From Torpedo marmorata (lineage: Eukaryota), in NCBI GenBank assembly GCA_977017645.1, contig OZ360228.1:11408001-11472000 (forward strand): a stretch of DNA of 64,000 nt, written 5' to 3'. Of the stretch, positions 38,546 to 51,885 are shown piece by piece. Below the pieces are notes generated by a model. The model did not search any database and was not told where the DNA came from. It saw only the letters and a list, made by a program, of their open reading frames with translations. The number at the start of each line of letters is the position of its first letter. Position 1 is the stretch's first letter. The position numbers and the translations under genes are program-made.

Positions 38546-39374
38546 AGACGTGTCTCTGGACTTGCAGAACCCCTACTTCATTGTGTTTTTTGCCCAGATG
38601 AAAAAATGGGTTCTCTGAGTCCTGGCCAACATTCTTCCCTCAACTTGTTCCTATACTAGTTCTTATGCAAAAATCGCACAATGGAATGTTTTGAGGTACT
38701 ACAATAGTGTGAAACTGTATAACTGTAAAAGTCAGTATATTCTTCCTGTTGCAATTACCAGTGCGATCAGATAATTAAAATAAATCATTGATTTTTTTCC
38801 TTTTTTTATAATATATCTGAACTAATTTTTCCATGATTTTGAATTGACTTATAACCAAGCACAAATGCTCTGTCAGTGCGAGTAGATCTAAATATGCTAA
38901 CATCTCATTAAAAGACCACTCCATCTGTGTCAGCCCTGGTGTAATGTTTGTGAAACAGACAGCATCTGGGGAGAAGTTGCTTCTTTTTCTCTCTTTCCTA
39001 AATGCTCATGATATACTCAGCTTGCTGAAAATATTCTGTTCTAATTTCATGTTTCATGCATTCCTATTCTTTATTACAATTAATTTTGCTTTACATGCTT
39101 GTGGCAAGGTCCTTTGACCCAGAAGCAACAGCTTCATCAACTAATCAAATAAGCCACTGGCAGAGTAAGGAGTGAGTTGGACAATTCTCCATTGGGCAGG
39201 AGGTATTGCTTTTACTGTTCTAAAACCCAGTCTTCAACAGATACCTTTTGCTAGATGAAGGTATGGAGAAAAGAAAATGTAAAACTTTATTAAATTAAAA
39301 GGGATTAGAAGGGACTTCAGTGAGTTTGAAAGCAAAGAAAGGTGTTATAAATGTAATTACTTGTAAATACAATT

Positions 39375-41445
39375 ACCCAGTGGTGAGGACGGCGAAAGTA
39401 TGGTCGAGGGGGGCGGAGGAGCGTCTGCAGGACTGCTTTGAATTGGTGGACTGGAACATATTCAAGCACTCATTCATAGACCTGAATGAATATGCAACAG
39501 GTGTCACCGACTTCATCAAGACCTGCGTGGATGAGTGTGTGCCCACGCGCAAATACCGGGTGTTCCCCAACCAGAAGCCCTTGATGAATCAGAGAATTCG
39601 CAACCTGCTGAGGGCGAGAACAAGGGCGTTTAAGGCCGGGGATCGGGATCTTTACAAGAAGTCCAGGCACGACCTGCGGAAGGCCATCTCTGAAGCAAAG
39701 TGGCAATTCCAGAGGAAGCTAGAGACAGAGACACGCCAGCTATGGCAGGGAGTGCAGGCCATTACAGCCTACAAAGCGAGGGAGAACACTATAGACAGCT
39801 GTGATGCTTCACTACCCGATGAGCTGAACACCTTCTACGCCCGCTTTGAGAAGAAGAACCAAACAGTGCCTACTAGAATCCCTGAAAAGGCTGAGGACCC
39901 TGTGATATCTGTCTCTGAGGGCGACGTCAGATCATCATTCAAGAGGGTGAACCCTCGCAAGGCGTCAGGCCCTGACGGCGTACCTGGCAGGGTACTGAAA
40001 ATCTGCGCCAACCAACTAGCCGGAGTGTTCACAGACATTTTCAACCTCTCATTGCGGCAGTCAGAGGTTCCCACCTGCTTCAAAAGGGCATCAATCATCC
40101 CGGTACCCAAGAAGAGTAGTGTGGGCTGCGTCAATGACTACCGCCCAGTAGCACTAACTTCTACTGTGATGAAATGCTTTGAGAGGCTGGTCATGGCCAG
40201 AATTAACACGTACCTAAGCAAATATCTGGACCAACTGCAATTTGCCTATCGTCACAATCGCTCCACAGCAGATGCAATATCGCTGGCTCTCCACTCAGAT
40301 CTGGATCACCTCGAAAACAGCAATTCATACATACGGCTGCTCTTCATCGACTACAGCTCGGCCTTCAATACCATTATTCCCTCAGTGCTGGTCAAGAAGC
40401 TACAAACTCTAGGCCTCTGTACCCCACTCTGCAACTGGATCCTTGACTTTCTCATCGGAAGACCACAGTCAGTACGAATTGGAAACAACGTCTCCTCCTC
40501 ACTGATTATCAACACAGGCGCACCCCAAGGATGCGTGCTTAGTCCACTGCTCTACTCGTTATACACTCATGACTGTGTGGCCAGTCACAATTCCAATGCC
40601 ATCTACAAGTTTGCCGATGACACCACAGTTGTCGGCAGAATCACAAACGGCAATGAGGAAGCGTACAGGAGGGAGATAGATCAGCTCGTTGAATGGTGTA
40701 ACGACAACAACCTTGAGCTCAACGTGAGAAAAACCAAGGAGATGATTGTGGACTTCAGGAGGAAGTCAGAGGAACACGACCCAGTCCTCATCGAGGGCTC
40801 AGTAGTGGAGAGGGTCAAGAACTTAAAATTCCTGGGTGTCAACATCTCCGAGGATCTGTCCTGGAGCCTCCACGTTGATGCAATCACAAAGAAGGCTCGT
40901 CAGCGGCTATACTTTGTGAGGTGTCTGAGGAGATTCAGTATGTCACCGAAGACTCTCGTAAACTTCTACAGGTGTACCGTGGAGAGCATTCTGGATGGTT
41001 GCATCACTGCCTGGTATGGAGGTGCCAACTCTCAGGACAAGAGTAAACTCCAGAGGGTTGTTAACTCGGCCTGTGACATCACAGGCACCAAACGTCACTC
41101 CATCGAGGACATCTACATGAGGCGGTGTCTTAAAAAAGCAGCCTCTATCCTCAAAGACCCCCACCACCCAGGCCATGCCCTCTTCACTCTGCTTCCATCG
41201 GGAAAAAGGTACAGGAGCCTAAAGACGAGCACTCAACGGCACAAGGACAGCTTCTTCCCCGCTGCCATCAGATTCCTGAATAATCAATGAACCAGACACT
41301 GCCTTACTTTTCGTGCACTATTATTTATAATTTTTTATAGTAATGTCGTAAGATGGTTATAATATGAATGTTAATTGCACTGTGATGCTGCCACAAAACA
41401 CCTAATTTCATGACTTGTTCATGACAATAAATTCTGATTCTGATT
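39375..41445 (+). mobile_element. Young 5'-truncated Rex1/Babar LINE with uninterrupted RT-containing ORF
   Basis: Stop-free frame to 41290 with [39 protein letters not shown]; ends gacaataaattctgattctgatt; endonuclease missing. Confidence 0.95.
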
Positions 41446-41681
41446 TTGGAAAAAATACATCCATTTTCCCATGCAAGGGTATATTCTAATTTCATATCCA
41501 TCTTTACAAGAACAGATATTTTAACGCACAACCTCTTTCTGATCAGCTTCACAGAGATCAAATTTGTGTTTAAAGGTGATTCCAAGTTCTATTACAGACA
41601 CAAATATACAAATACATGCCTTTCAACTCAAGCATAAAATTATAATCAATAATCATGAGAGTCATGAACATTTCAACTCAC

Positions 41682-41788
41682 AAGCGTTGTATCCTGGAAA
41701 CAATTGTCGTGAATGCTGCTTGTATATCGGCAGAAGAATATGTGCACACAATAGGGAGGTTGTGTTTCTGTAGTAACTCGGAGACATA
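41682..41788 (-). CDS. PACS2: PACS2 exon ([36 protein letters not shown])
   Basis: ctaccttacag| and tt|gtgagt; 107 nt, phase 0 to 2. Confidence 0.95.
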
Positions 41789-43054
41789 CTGTAAGGTAGT
41801 AAAACATCATTAAACAGATATCCCATGCTCTGATCAAGTGTTATAGTCTCAATTCTAATTTAAAGAATTCTTCAGTGGCACCAAGATGAAACGAATGGAA
41901 ACTTGACTACAAGACTCTGCTGTAGGGGGAAAGGCTTCAATGAATGGTTTATTTTCCACATTCATCAGCAGCTATTAGGAACTCAAAGTAGGACACTTGA
42001 TTCAAGGACAGTTCATCTCTGCTGTTATCATGAACCTCTCATTAGTAAAATGATGCTGCCCTTGCAATGTTTTCACTGTAACACTATACTCTGCACTTTA
42101 ATTTTGCATTCTTTGTTGTTTGATGGGTTGACTTGCCTGGATAGCACACAAAACAAAGCCTTTCACAGTATCTCGGTACACGTGATAATAAACAATTCGA
42201 TTCCATAGTATTTTTTTTCTTTTAAGGTTTTTAGAAAATAAACAACACATGCTAGGTTACATTTTATTGTCCAACCATGGACATGTTCAGAGTTAATCAT
42301 GCAGTGTGATTTCACAATTGGAATGACCTGCAGGACAGACAGGATAGAAGTTCCTTTTCAACTTTCCATGAAGGGCAGAAGGGAAGCAGTTATAAAACTG
42401 CAATAATCCAGCGACTTTCACGACCATTTCAATCAGGTCCCAGTCAACAAGTTACCAGATTTAAAAAATTCAGTTTGGAGCTGACAATCTTTAAGTCACT
42501 CATCTTTTTCTATAACTTGGTGCAGTACTTGTGTCAGTTATGAAAGATAATACAGAAATGCAAAATAAAATATACAAAGTCTGTTCATTTGGTTAATAGG
42601 CAAGCTCATCTTTGTACCACAGAAACTAGGAAAGTTCCAGGTTCAATCTCCTACCTGGACAATATACTTGAATTGGGGAAAAGCTAGTCAGAATTATGTT
42701 CCTGATTACAATCCACTGTTCCTTGCTGAAAGGTGTGCAGAAAGCAATGGGACTTGGCTCTCATTTGAGTAACAGTCTGTAATCAGATTGAGTCTGAAGA
42801 CCTTCAGTTAAGGTATACAAACAGAGGTAACCTGGACAAGATGCAGGAAAAATTGTTCACCAAAGGAGGCATTGTATTCAGGCCAGAAAATTAATGCACC
42901 AATGCATTAATTAGTACAGAGGCAGGAAATTGGCAGATTGATTGATCCAATGGGAATGAACAGACTATTGATTACATCAAGATAGACATGTCATTAAGTC
43001 TCACAAGTCATTAAATTGAAAATAGATTGAGCTCTCTCAAACTAAAGATAAAGC

Positions 43055-43355
43055 CCAGCATTTACACAGTGGCTTTCAGTTCCTCAGAACATCCCAAAGT
43101 ACCTTACAGCCAATGGAGATGTTCTGAAGTGTGGTCATTGCTCAGTCATAATGCATGAAACATGGTGATCAATCTGTGCACAGCAATCTTCCAAACACTG
43201 CAAAGCAACAAATGACCAGATCAGCAGCTTTGGCATCAGTTGAGTGATAAATCTTGGCCAAGAGACTGAGGACTTCTCTGTCTTCTTTAAATAGTACTGA
43301 GCAGCCAAACACTTTGTTTAATAACATTGTCAATGCAGCACTCCCTCATTGTTCT
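43055..43355 (-). mobile_element. Ancient Deu-domain SINE, degenerate
   Basis: catcccaaagtaccttacagccaatg, aatctgtgcacagcaa, ttgagtgataaatcttggcca, tgcagcactccctca are reverse-complement Deu motifs. Confidence 0.65.
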
Positions 43356-43416
43356 GAAGAATATGCAGCAATATTGGAAAATACAGCAGAAACATACTCT
43401 CCAGATTGCTACGTAC

Positions 43417-43521
43417 CTGACCCTGCCAATCTGATGTATTGATCAAAATTATGTTTTCTGGCAATTGCTCATCTGATATTAGAATGTGATTTAACTGGTC
43501 ATAAACTGTTTTCCGAGGGAT
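43417..43521 (-). CDS. PACS2: PACS2 exon ([35 protein letters not shown])
   Basis: tgtttgtgctgcag| and cag|gtacgt; 105 nt, phase 0 to 0; near-identical to recalled human PACS2 segment. Confidence 0.97.
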
Positions 43522-44164
43522 CTGCAGCACAAACAGAGAAGACAAACACGATAATATGAACACTGCAATGCAAACTATTTAATATGCTCGAGGTTCACAA
43601 ATTGGAAATAATGTCAATTATCCCTCTGAGTCCACTCCACCACTCAATGAGATGGTTGATTGGAAACTTAACATCTTACACGTATGCCAGCTCTATATCC
43701 TTTTATATTCTTGGAGAATATTTCAATTTCAATTTTAAATTAATTGAAGGAATATTTTCAATTTAGGAGCGTTTCTACACTTTTGCTATCATTTGTACAA
43801 AGACTTTTGCACCTCATCTCCTGAGTTGGCTCTGATTTTATCGTATGTCCCTTATTTCTGCATCTGCCAACAGCAAAAATAATTTATTCTACTGATTATC
43901 CCTCAGCCTAAAATATTGCAAGACTAGTTGGCATAGCTTCTCCATGTTCTTATCTGTTGATCTCAACACATTGGTGAATCCATGCTGGATTTCATCCAAA
44001 AAATATATTGTTTTTAAGATTCAGAGATAGTTCTCCACACACAACACTTCAGAGGAAGTCTAGGCTGTGCTTTGTATCTTGAAATCTTTACTATTTATGA
44101 GGTAGTCTATATCAGGCTAACATTCTATTAGGCATTTTCTAATTTTGCTTGCAAAATAGCAGCC

Positions 44165-44425
44165 TATTCAGCTTCTTGAGTCTACGTTGACTCCCATAGC
44201 ATTCCCTACCATTAATTTTACTCCAACCAATTTACCCCATGTTCTTTAATTCTACCATCCACCTACACAAGGGGCAATTTACAGTATCCAACTGACCTAC
44301 AAACCTGCACGTCTCTAGACTGGAGGAAACCCCCTGAGTGACAGGGAGAGTGTGCAAATGCCAAACTTGGAGCACAATAGATTGTGGCTGAACCTTGGAC
44401 ACTGGAATTCTGCATGGCAGCAGCT
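44165..44425 (-). mobile_element. Old V-SINE-like fragment
   Basis: acagggagagtgtgcaaatgcca and ctggaggaaaccc match a reverse-complement V-domain. Confidence 0.5.
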
Positions 44426-44719
44426 TCACTAGCCACTCCACATTTATTTGTAGTTGACTACTGCACTTTAGAGATCCGCATGTAAATACCTCTCAAGTCT
44501 CTTCGGACTTCCACTGTCCCTGGGTTTTCAACAATTAAGTAATGCATTTTTCTTTGGTCTTAATTTTATGGTCTCAAACTTGCCTGACCTCACCTGCTCC
44601 AGCCTTTCCTCACCCACAATCTATCAATGCCGCTTTGTCATTTTATGTTTCCAACTACATTATTTACTTTACTACAAATGTGCAATCAGTGCCTTTGGAT
44701 TATTTTTTTAAATTTACTT

Positions 44720-44980
44720 TTTAAAATTTAGATATACAGCACGGTAGCAGGCCATTTGGGCCCACGGGTCCATGCCGCCCAATTTACATCCGATTAACCT
44801 ACACCCCCAGTACGTTTTTGAATGGTGGGAGGAAACCGGAGCCCCCTGAGAAAACCCACGCAGACATGGGGAGAACGTACAAACTCCTTACAGACAGCGT
44901 GGGACTCGAACCCCGGTCCGGTCCCGATTGCTGGCGCTGTAAAGGCGTTGCTCTAACCGCTACACCAACCATGCTGCCCC
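44720..44980 (-). mobile_element. Young V-SINE (HE1-like)
   Basis: Reverse complement closely matches 58428-58695 (tRNA-like head, V-domain, 3' tail). Confidence 0.9.
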
Positions 44981-47900
44981 TTATCTTCATCAATATTGAC
45001 TAGCCGAGATATTTGTATAACATGCTATACCTCTTATGCCTAGTCTTCTTCCATCTAACCAGGTCAATAATTTTCCTTCCGTTCCAGGCCATTTAATTTT
45101 GGCTAATGCCTCTTATGCTGAATATATTTAATATCTTGTACTTAAGTATTGTCATGTGTGGCGAACAATGGCTATCAAACTTTCTCCTTTACAATAGCAC
45201 TTTAGCAGCTATTCATTGCTTGCAATACTTTTTGCCATTTTCAAATGTTATGAAATAGAAGAGTTTTTTCCTTCATTACTTCTTGAATGATGCAATTAGA
45301 TTTATGAGGCGTGAATTTCTCTGCTCTTAATAATACATTCTAATAATTTCCCCACAAAAGAGATTAAGGAGGTCTAAAATTTCCTAGTTTCTCTCAATCA
45401 TTTTAAAATTTAAGAGTGCCATTTTCCACACTAATGGGACAATCCACTCAGTGACTCTGAAGATACTCTCTTTTGCTTCACTTTCTCTCTTACTGTAAGT
45501 GGCGCCAGGTGCACTAATAGTGATTCTTTGTCTGCAATACAACAGGAAGAAGGCAATTTTGTGTAATATTACACATTCTGTACTATTACATGACAATAAA
45601 GGAATCTTGAATTCCTGATGTAAAAGTAATTTGGAAGTTAAAGATCAAAACAGTTTCAATTTACACCCCTACTTTCTTAAAATCCAGGCAGCAGAAACTA
45701 TCAAGTCCCTGTGAATTTGTTCGTCTCCAGGGCTATTTATTTCCTAAAATCTTCGGTGAATTCTAGTTTCTGATTCATTATTGATTTCCTTGGTATATCA
45801 GTGACTTTGTTGTTGTTACATTATTAACAAAGACAGGGTCAATAAGCATTGCTAAATCTAGTATGATCTGCCCCCACGTTCCACAAAATAATACAAAATC
45901 AAATATGACCTGTATCTTGCTTCTAAAATATATTCTAGAATAATAGAACATTTTGTGTACATTTAGAAGATACAATCCTGAAAACTATGATAAATACAAT
46001 CTCAGCTGTTTACCTTTCCGTTTAGAGCTACACTGCATGATCTATTTGGAAATTAAAGTACCTTGTTAAACCAATTTTTCTAATCCTGAACCTTTTCTAA
46101 TTTCTGAATTATTAGGATTCTGAATTATTAGGATTCTGCCTCCTTGTTGCTAACAGGGGTCCTGTGCCCAGCTTTCCGTACAATTTTAAACCTCTTTCCT
46201 CAGGACTCACTATCTACCTTCACTTATCTACATCCTTCCTTCCAAATGTTGCAGAGGCTTTGAATAAAAAAAATAGGACAAAAGATAACGAGTCCCAAAA
46301 AAGTACCCCATTTATCAGGTTTGTTAGAGAGAGAAATACAACATTTCACATGGAGACTCTTCATCAGAATAATAACAGAGAGAGCAATGAATCTTTGCAT
46401 TCCTTCAAGCCGTAATTGACCACATCTACATTTAGGAACTTTTTTTCAGCTTTGACTTTTCATTACACCCAAATCCTCTCAACTTTCCTCTTTCATTGTT
46501 GAGAATTCCAAATCAGTAATACATATTTAAATTTAACTCAAATAAAAGTTTTAAATACCCAGTGTCCTCTTTCTGGCCAAGAATTTAAGAGCAAATTTAT
46601 ATTCCAGAACTTATCATTAAATCTCATCACACTGCAATACTTAAACACAAACATTTTGTAGCTACTTATAATTTCCACTATAACATATGTAGATTGGGGT
46701 GGGGTAGTTACCGGTATTTTAATTGGTTCCACATGTTTAATTAGAGTAGCCAGGCAAAGCAGCAATATTTGAGTTAACTTCTTGGTTTACATCCTCTGGA
46801 TTCCGAGGAATGAACATAAACCTTGATGCTGATATTAATTTTATATCAAAAAGGAAGCTATCAGTGAGTAGACACAGATTTAAAACATTCCTATTTTCCT
46901 GCTTTGCCAGACCTAAAAATTATTTCCACTTGCTAAAATCTTTAAGTAAACAAATTCAGATAAAAGCTTCACCGCTCACTTACTTGAGTGAATGCGGCTC
47001 TCTTCTCGCTGTTCAGCAATGTCAAAGAAGTGCCCTTTGAAGTTAAGGGATGAAGGTTAGCAGTCATACAATTTTGAAACGAAATGTGGCAAAAATGGAA
47101 TAAATTAGGCTTGGCTGGTTCTTTTTAAAATAAAAATGGAAGAAATATATTTTTTTTAAATTATGTATCACATAATACACCAGTCAGCAATTATTTCATA
47201 CAAAAAAAAACTTACCACACTCTTACCCTGCAACTTTCTCAGAAATCCCTGACACTACCAAAGTGCGATAAAGACCCATCGAATCTGCTCCACCATTCCA
47301 ATCACAGCTGATGTCTTTTTTTCTCAAAACCCCATTCTCCTGCCTTCTTCCTATAATCTTTGACATCCTTACTAATCAAGAACCCATCAACCTCTGCTTT
47401 AAATATACCCATCAGGATCACAATTGTTCTTCACAGGAGATACCTGTTGTCCTTACATAGTCTGGCCTTTATGATTCCAAATCCAGTTTCCTCCTGGTGT
47501 CAGAGAATTTAAGAGCAACTTTGTATGCTGGCACTTATCATACAATATGGTTGACTGTTAAATGCAATTTGAAATGACTAAAGCAGTCACTCAATTCAAG
47601 GGCAATTTGGAATGGGCAATAACCCTAATGATGGCCTCGCCATACCATCCTGATGCCAAAAAACAATAAAGTAATATATACTCACTACTATGTCTACCAC
47701 AATCGTAACTAAGTGCATGGCCAAGCAAACATTTGCTGTGGGAGTGGTTGAGAAAATCACATAATCTCTCCACAGGATTTACATAACTGAAACTCTTCAC
47801 AAATTAGTTCAGGTCTTTGTGCATTTAGTTTGCTTGGCCCTTTAAACGAGACTAAATTTTCCAGTGTCTGTTCACTAAGACAAAGCATGGATTGTGGCAG

Positions 47901-49553
47901 CAGGAGGTTGCGAACAGAAGCCTGTGCTGTGGGAAGAAATGGGTAAGCAAATCATGCAAGTTGGGAAGTGCAAGAGAAGAGATCCCAAAAAAGGCAAAGA
48001 CCAGTGGCTAGGAAGTTGCGGCACAGATATCCATGAGAAGAAAGCAGAGATTCAACGATGATCAAAAGACCATTCTATCCATCTAAGCCTTTCGATCTTC
48101 ACAAGCTGTGGATCAGTGACAGCATTTTCAACAGTTGGAGGTTAAGGTCTCACTCTAGTGTCTGCATTAAAAAAAAGGTTCAGAAAGAGTACACCAGAGA
48201 GAGCAAGTGCTGAAACAAAATAGTCCCAAAGCAGTTTACGAAAATAATGAGCAATGTTGTAGGACAGTAAGTAGGTGATTGGTTAGTGAATGTTAGTGTC
48301 ATTCGAATTAGGGCAAGTTAGGGTAATGACCTGGAAAATGTATAGCTTATTCTATTTAATAAATAACACAAACTGGGTTGCATTGACCATTTTAAGGAGG
48401 ATGCAAAGAGGGTTGAGACAAGTTGAGCAAGCACGCAAATACATCTCAGATGCAAGGTAATGTGGATAAATCTGAAGTTCACCATTTTGGTAGGCATTAG
48501 TTAAATCATGTCTGGGAGACATTGATGTTCACAAGGATCTGATGCCCTTGTGCAGCAGTCACTGACAGCAAACATATCTGCAACAAGCAGTTAGGAAAGC
48601 AAATGATATATTGACCATCACTGCAGGAGTACAGGAGCCAGGATATCATACTCCAGTTTATAATTGACTTGTTGTGACCCACTCCTGGAATATTTTGGGA
48701 GTGATATATTTATCAATGGATGGAGGAGCCAAATACAAAGAAAAGATTGATGTTTCACCTGGACAGAGTTGCAGCAGGGGATAGGAAAGGTGGGTGGATG
48801 ATATAAAAAGATTTGGAAAGCAATGATAGGGAATTTAACAGTTTTGGAGAACGGATGGGTGCTTTGATGATTTTAGCAGAATCAAGTATCATGGGGACCA
48901 TGAAAAAAGTGGAATTGAGGCCAGGATCAGATCGTCCATGATCTTATTCAAGAGTGGTGCAAGCTTGAGGGATGATGCAGGAAGTGGGATGGTCACTTAA
49001 AAGTAAACACTAGATTGGCCAGAATTAGAGTACTGTATACCTGTTATTATTAGAGGATGCAAACACATTGGTGTTCACAAAACACATTTATGAGTCAGGA
49101 CTAGAAAATTATCATTATGAGGACCGAATGGATAGACTAGGTTTGTTTGGAATTGATTGTGGAGAAAGTTACCTAACTCATAAAATTATACAGAGTTAAG
49201 AGGAACCATAAGTTTTCTTTAATTGAGTGGTGGGTAACTGGAGGAGCTAAATTTAAAGTAATCGGTAGATGGATGTAAAGGAAAGCATGGAGAAATTCCT
49301 GCAGAATATTCGTGGAGCAAGAAAACCTTATCATAACTTACAAAGCACTGGACCAAGCCTAAGAAACAGGAATTAGCTTGGATAGCTCTCTTCAGCTGGT
49401 TATAAGATGTAATTTTTCACAATATGGAATAATTTGGACAAATACCAGAGGTAAATTCAGACACCAAACAAACACATATGCAAGAATGGAATAGGAAGAT
49501 ATGCTTTTAGTGTTAGATTAAAAAATAAGATGATGATAGTTATTATTGTAATA

Positions 49554-50002
49554 CAGGTGCCTAACCTTTTATACGAAATTCCGAAAACCGAACATTTTTT
49601 CCAGTATATTTTCAGGTGTTTAGCTTAGTTTGAGCCAGTTAATGTTTGAAGTTTTACTGTATGTTTTACTTAAAAATAAAAAGTACGTTAGTAATTTTAT
49701 GGTCTATCTTTATCTCACTTCATTTACCACCATCCCCCCCGTCCAGCGCCGCCGCGAACACCCCTGTCCAGCACCGCCGCGAATGCCGCCGCGAACACCC
49801 CCGTCCAGCACCGCTGCAACCCCCCCATCCAGCGCCGCCGTCCAGAAACCCTTCTAGTTGGAGTGTGTCTTTGTTTTGCGCGAATCTGAAGCAACGCAAT
49901 TATTTAAAAGTACCGCCGTTAAAATAATTCTATGATTCGAAAAAATCCGAATTCCGAAAAGTGTCCGGTCCCAAGGTTTTTGGATAAAAGGTTAGGCACC
50001 TG
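49554..50002. mobile_element. Tc1/mariner-superfamily (pogo/Tigger-like) MITE, copy 1 (449 bp)
   Basis: TIR caggtgcctaaccttttat / ataaaaggttaggcacctg with flanking TA; near-identical to 61500-62134 outside an internal GC-rich repeat. Confidence 0.9.
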
Positions 50003-50492
50003 TATTACAAATTCTGTAGCCAATTCCACAGCAAACAAAGTTATACATGATTAATTATGCTGATTTGGTCCTGTTGGTTGCAAGGGTACTTCTACACCCT
50101 TTGCTTAATTTGAGGTGATATTGTGCATAGTGCAGTGGGTAACAGGAATCTTTTCCATTCTTACACAATCAAAGCCTGAACTTGATTCTGATGATAGCCT
50201 TCCTGGACTGCAGTGACCCCACATACTCATTAATTTAGCAATAGGGTCATTCAGAATTCCGTGCTAATTAAACATTCTTGCAAGGTCAGCAAGTGTGAGG
50301 AGAGATGCTAAATTACTGAGACTGAGGAAATGAGATTTATTATGGACAGCAAGCAACCTGGACCAATTACTCCTAGGGAAAAGGTGCAAAGTCACAAGAT
50401 TAGCCTACAAGTTTAAAATCAAGGCACATAGCTTGAAATCTATACAGATGAAAAGTATTTTTTGTTCTGTACTTGTTATGCAAATTTCATGA

Positions 50493-50592
50493 GTATATAT
50501 ATATATATATATATATACGGTATATATATATATATATATATACGGTATATATATATATATATATTCTGTATATATAATATGTGTGTGTGCGT
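50493..50592. repeat. (TA)n microsatellite with cgg interruptions, then short (TG)n
   Basis: Directly visible. Confidence 0.95.
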
Positions 50593-51429
50593 ATGCATGT
50601 TACCAAAAGTGTCTTAAAATCATTTTAGTAAAGCAATAAAAGTGGCATTGAAAGAATGAAAACGATACACAAATATATTCTGTTGTATACAGGTGCATTT
50701 CACTTCCATTAGTAGTGACAAAGTTGCTTTTTCTTAGAATAGGCTTTTTGCCCAATGTTGGCTTTGGCTCAGTAACTCTGCTGCAATCATCCAATTGGGC
50801 AATGCAAAAGGTAGATTATTGTAGTTATGTTTTGGGAAAACCTGAGGATGATACTAAATATCCTGAAGCAGTGGGATGGGAAATAATGGTCACTAAAAAA
50901 TATATATACTGTAGTCCATGCCAAATGAAGATGGCTGTATACAAATTGAATTTGTAACTTGTACCTAACCTAGAGTTTCAAATATCAACCTGTATAGCTC
51001 AATGGCAAAAATCAAAGGGGGTCAATTTGCACATGGGAGAGAGAATATGTTGGAGAGATAAACAATAAACAGAAATATGGAGAGGGAGACTGATAGGATG
51101 AATGTGATTGTTCTCCTGGGAGCCAGCATGGACTGTCAGGCTGAATATGTGTGCCATTTTAAATGTATGAGCCCATTTAAACCTGCGGCGAAATGCAGTC
51201 TTTCCTCCCGACTGACAGGATAAACTGGTACTGGGGGCTGGCTGGCCACCGTTGCAAAATAAACGTCAGGAATGACATGCTTAAGGTCACTGGCTTCCAT
51301 CTGACATTTCTCCTGATTTCTCAAATATTCTTAAAACTAAAAATCAAACTTGAAAATTGTACTGGCAAATATGCAAATTATATTTTCCTCAATGCTTTAG
51401 GTTAATCCATGTATCTTGGTTTATCTACC

Positions 51430-51885
51430 TTTTTGAACATAGGAACTGGCCTTCAGTCCATGACATCTGCACTGACCATGATACTAATTTTAACTAATCC
51501 CATCTGTCTGCACATGGTCCATATCTCTCCATCCCCTGCCTATTCATGTGTCTGCCATGGTATCTGCTTCCACACCCTCAGTGGCATGTTCTAGATGCCT
51601 TCCAGTCTCTGTAAAATAACTTGCCTCGCAAATCTCCCTAAACTTTCCCCTTGTCACCTTAAACCTTGATTATTTGATAGTTCTACCCTGGCAAAAAGAC
51701 TTTGACTACCGTATCTATGCCTCTCACAATTTTATAAACTTCTTAGGTCGCTTCAGAGAAAACAATCTAACTTTGTTCAACCTCTCCTTTTAGCTAATAC
51801 ACTGTAATCCAGGCAACATCCTGGTGAACCTCTTTTGCAGCCTCTCCAAAACTGCCACATCCTTCCTGTCGTGAAGTGACCAGTT
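51430..51885 (-). mobile_element. CR1-clade LINE 3' fragment
   Basis: cctctcacaattttataaact, ccaggcaacatcctggtgaacctcttttgcagcctctccaa: reverse complement of CR1 RT C-terminus (LERLQKRFTRMLPGL). Confidence 0.7.

Noticed and set aside
39320-41290. Domesticated or host reverse transcriptase gene
   Set aside because: No true start (GTG in flanking DNA), no endonuclease, typical LINE tail; simplest reading is a young truncated insertion
43522-43540. 12-nt alternative acceptor extension equivalent to the short VQLQ-type insert I recall in human PACS2
   Set aside because: No AG at the required upstream position on the minus strand
28662-46138. Short local tandem duplications (25-bp at ~28662-28720; 16-bp at ~46102-46138)
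   Set aside because: Ordinary two-copy slippage events with no sign of function
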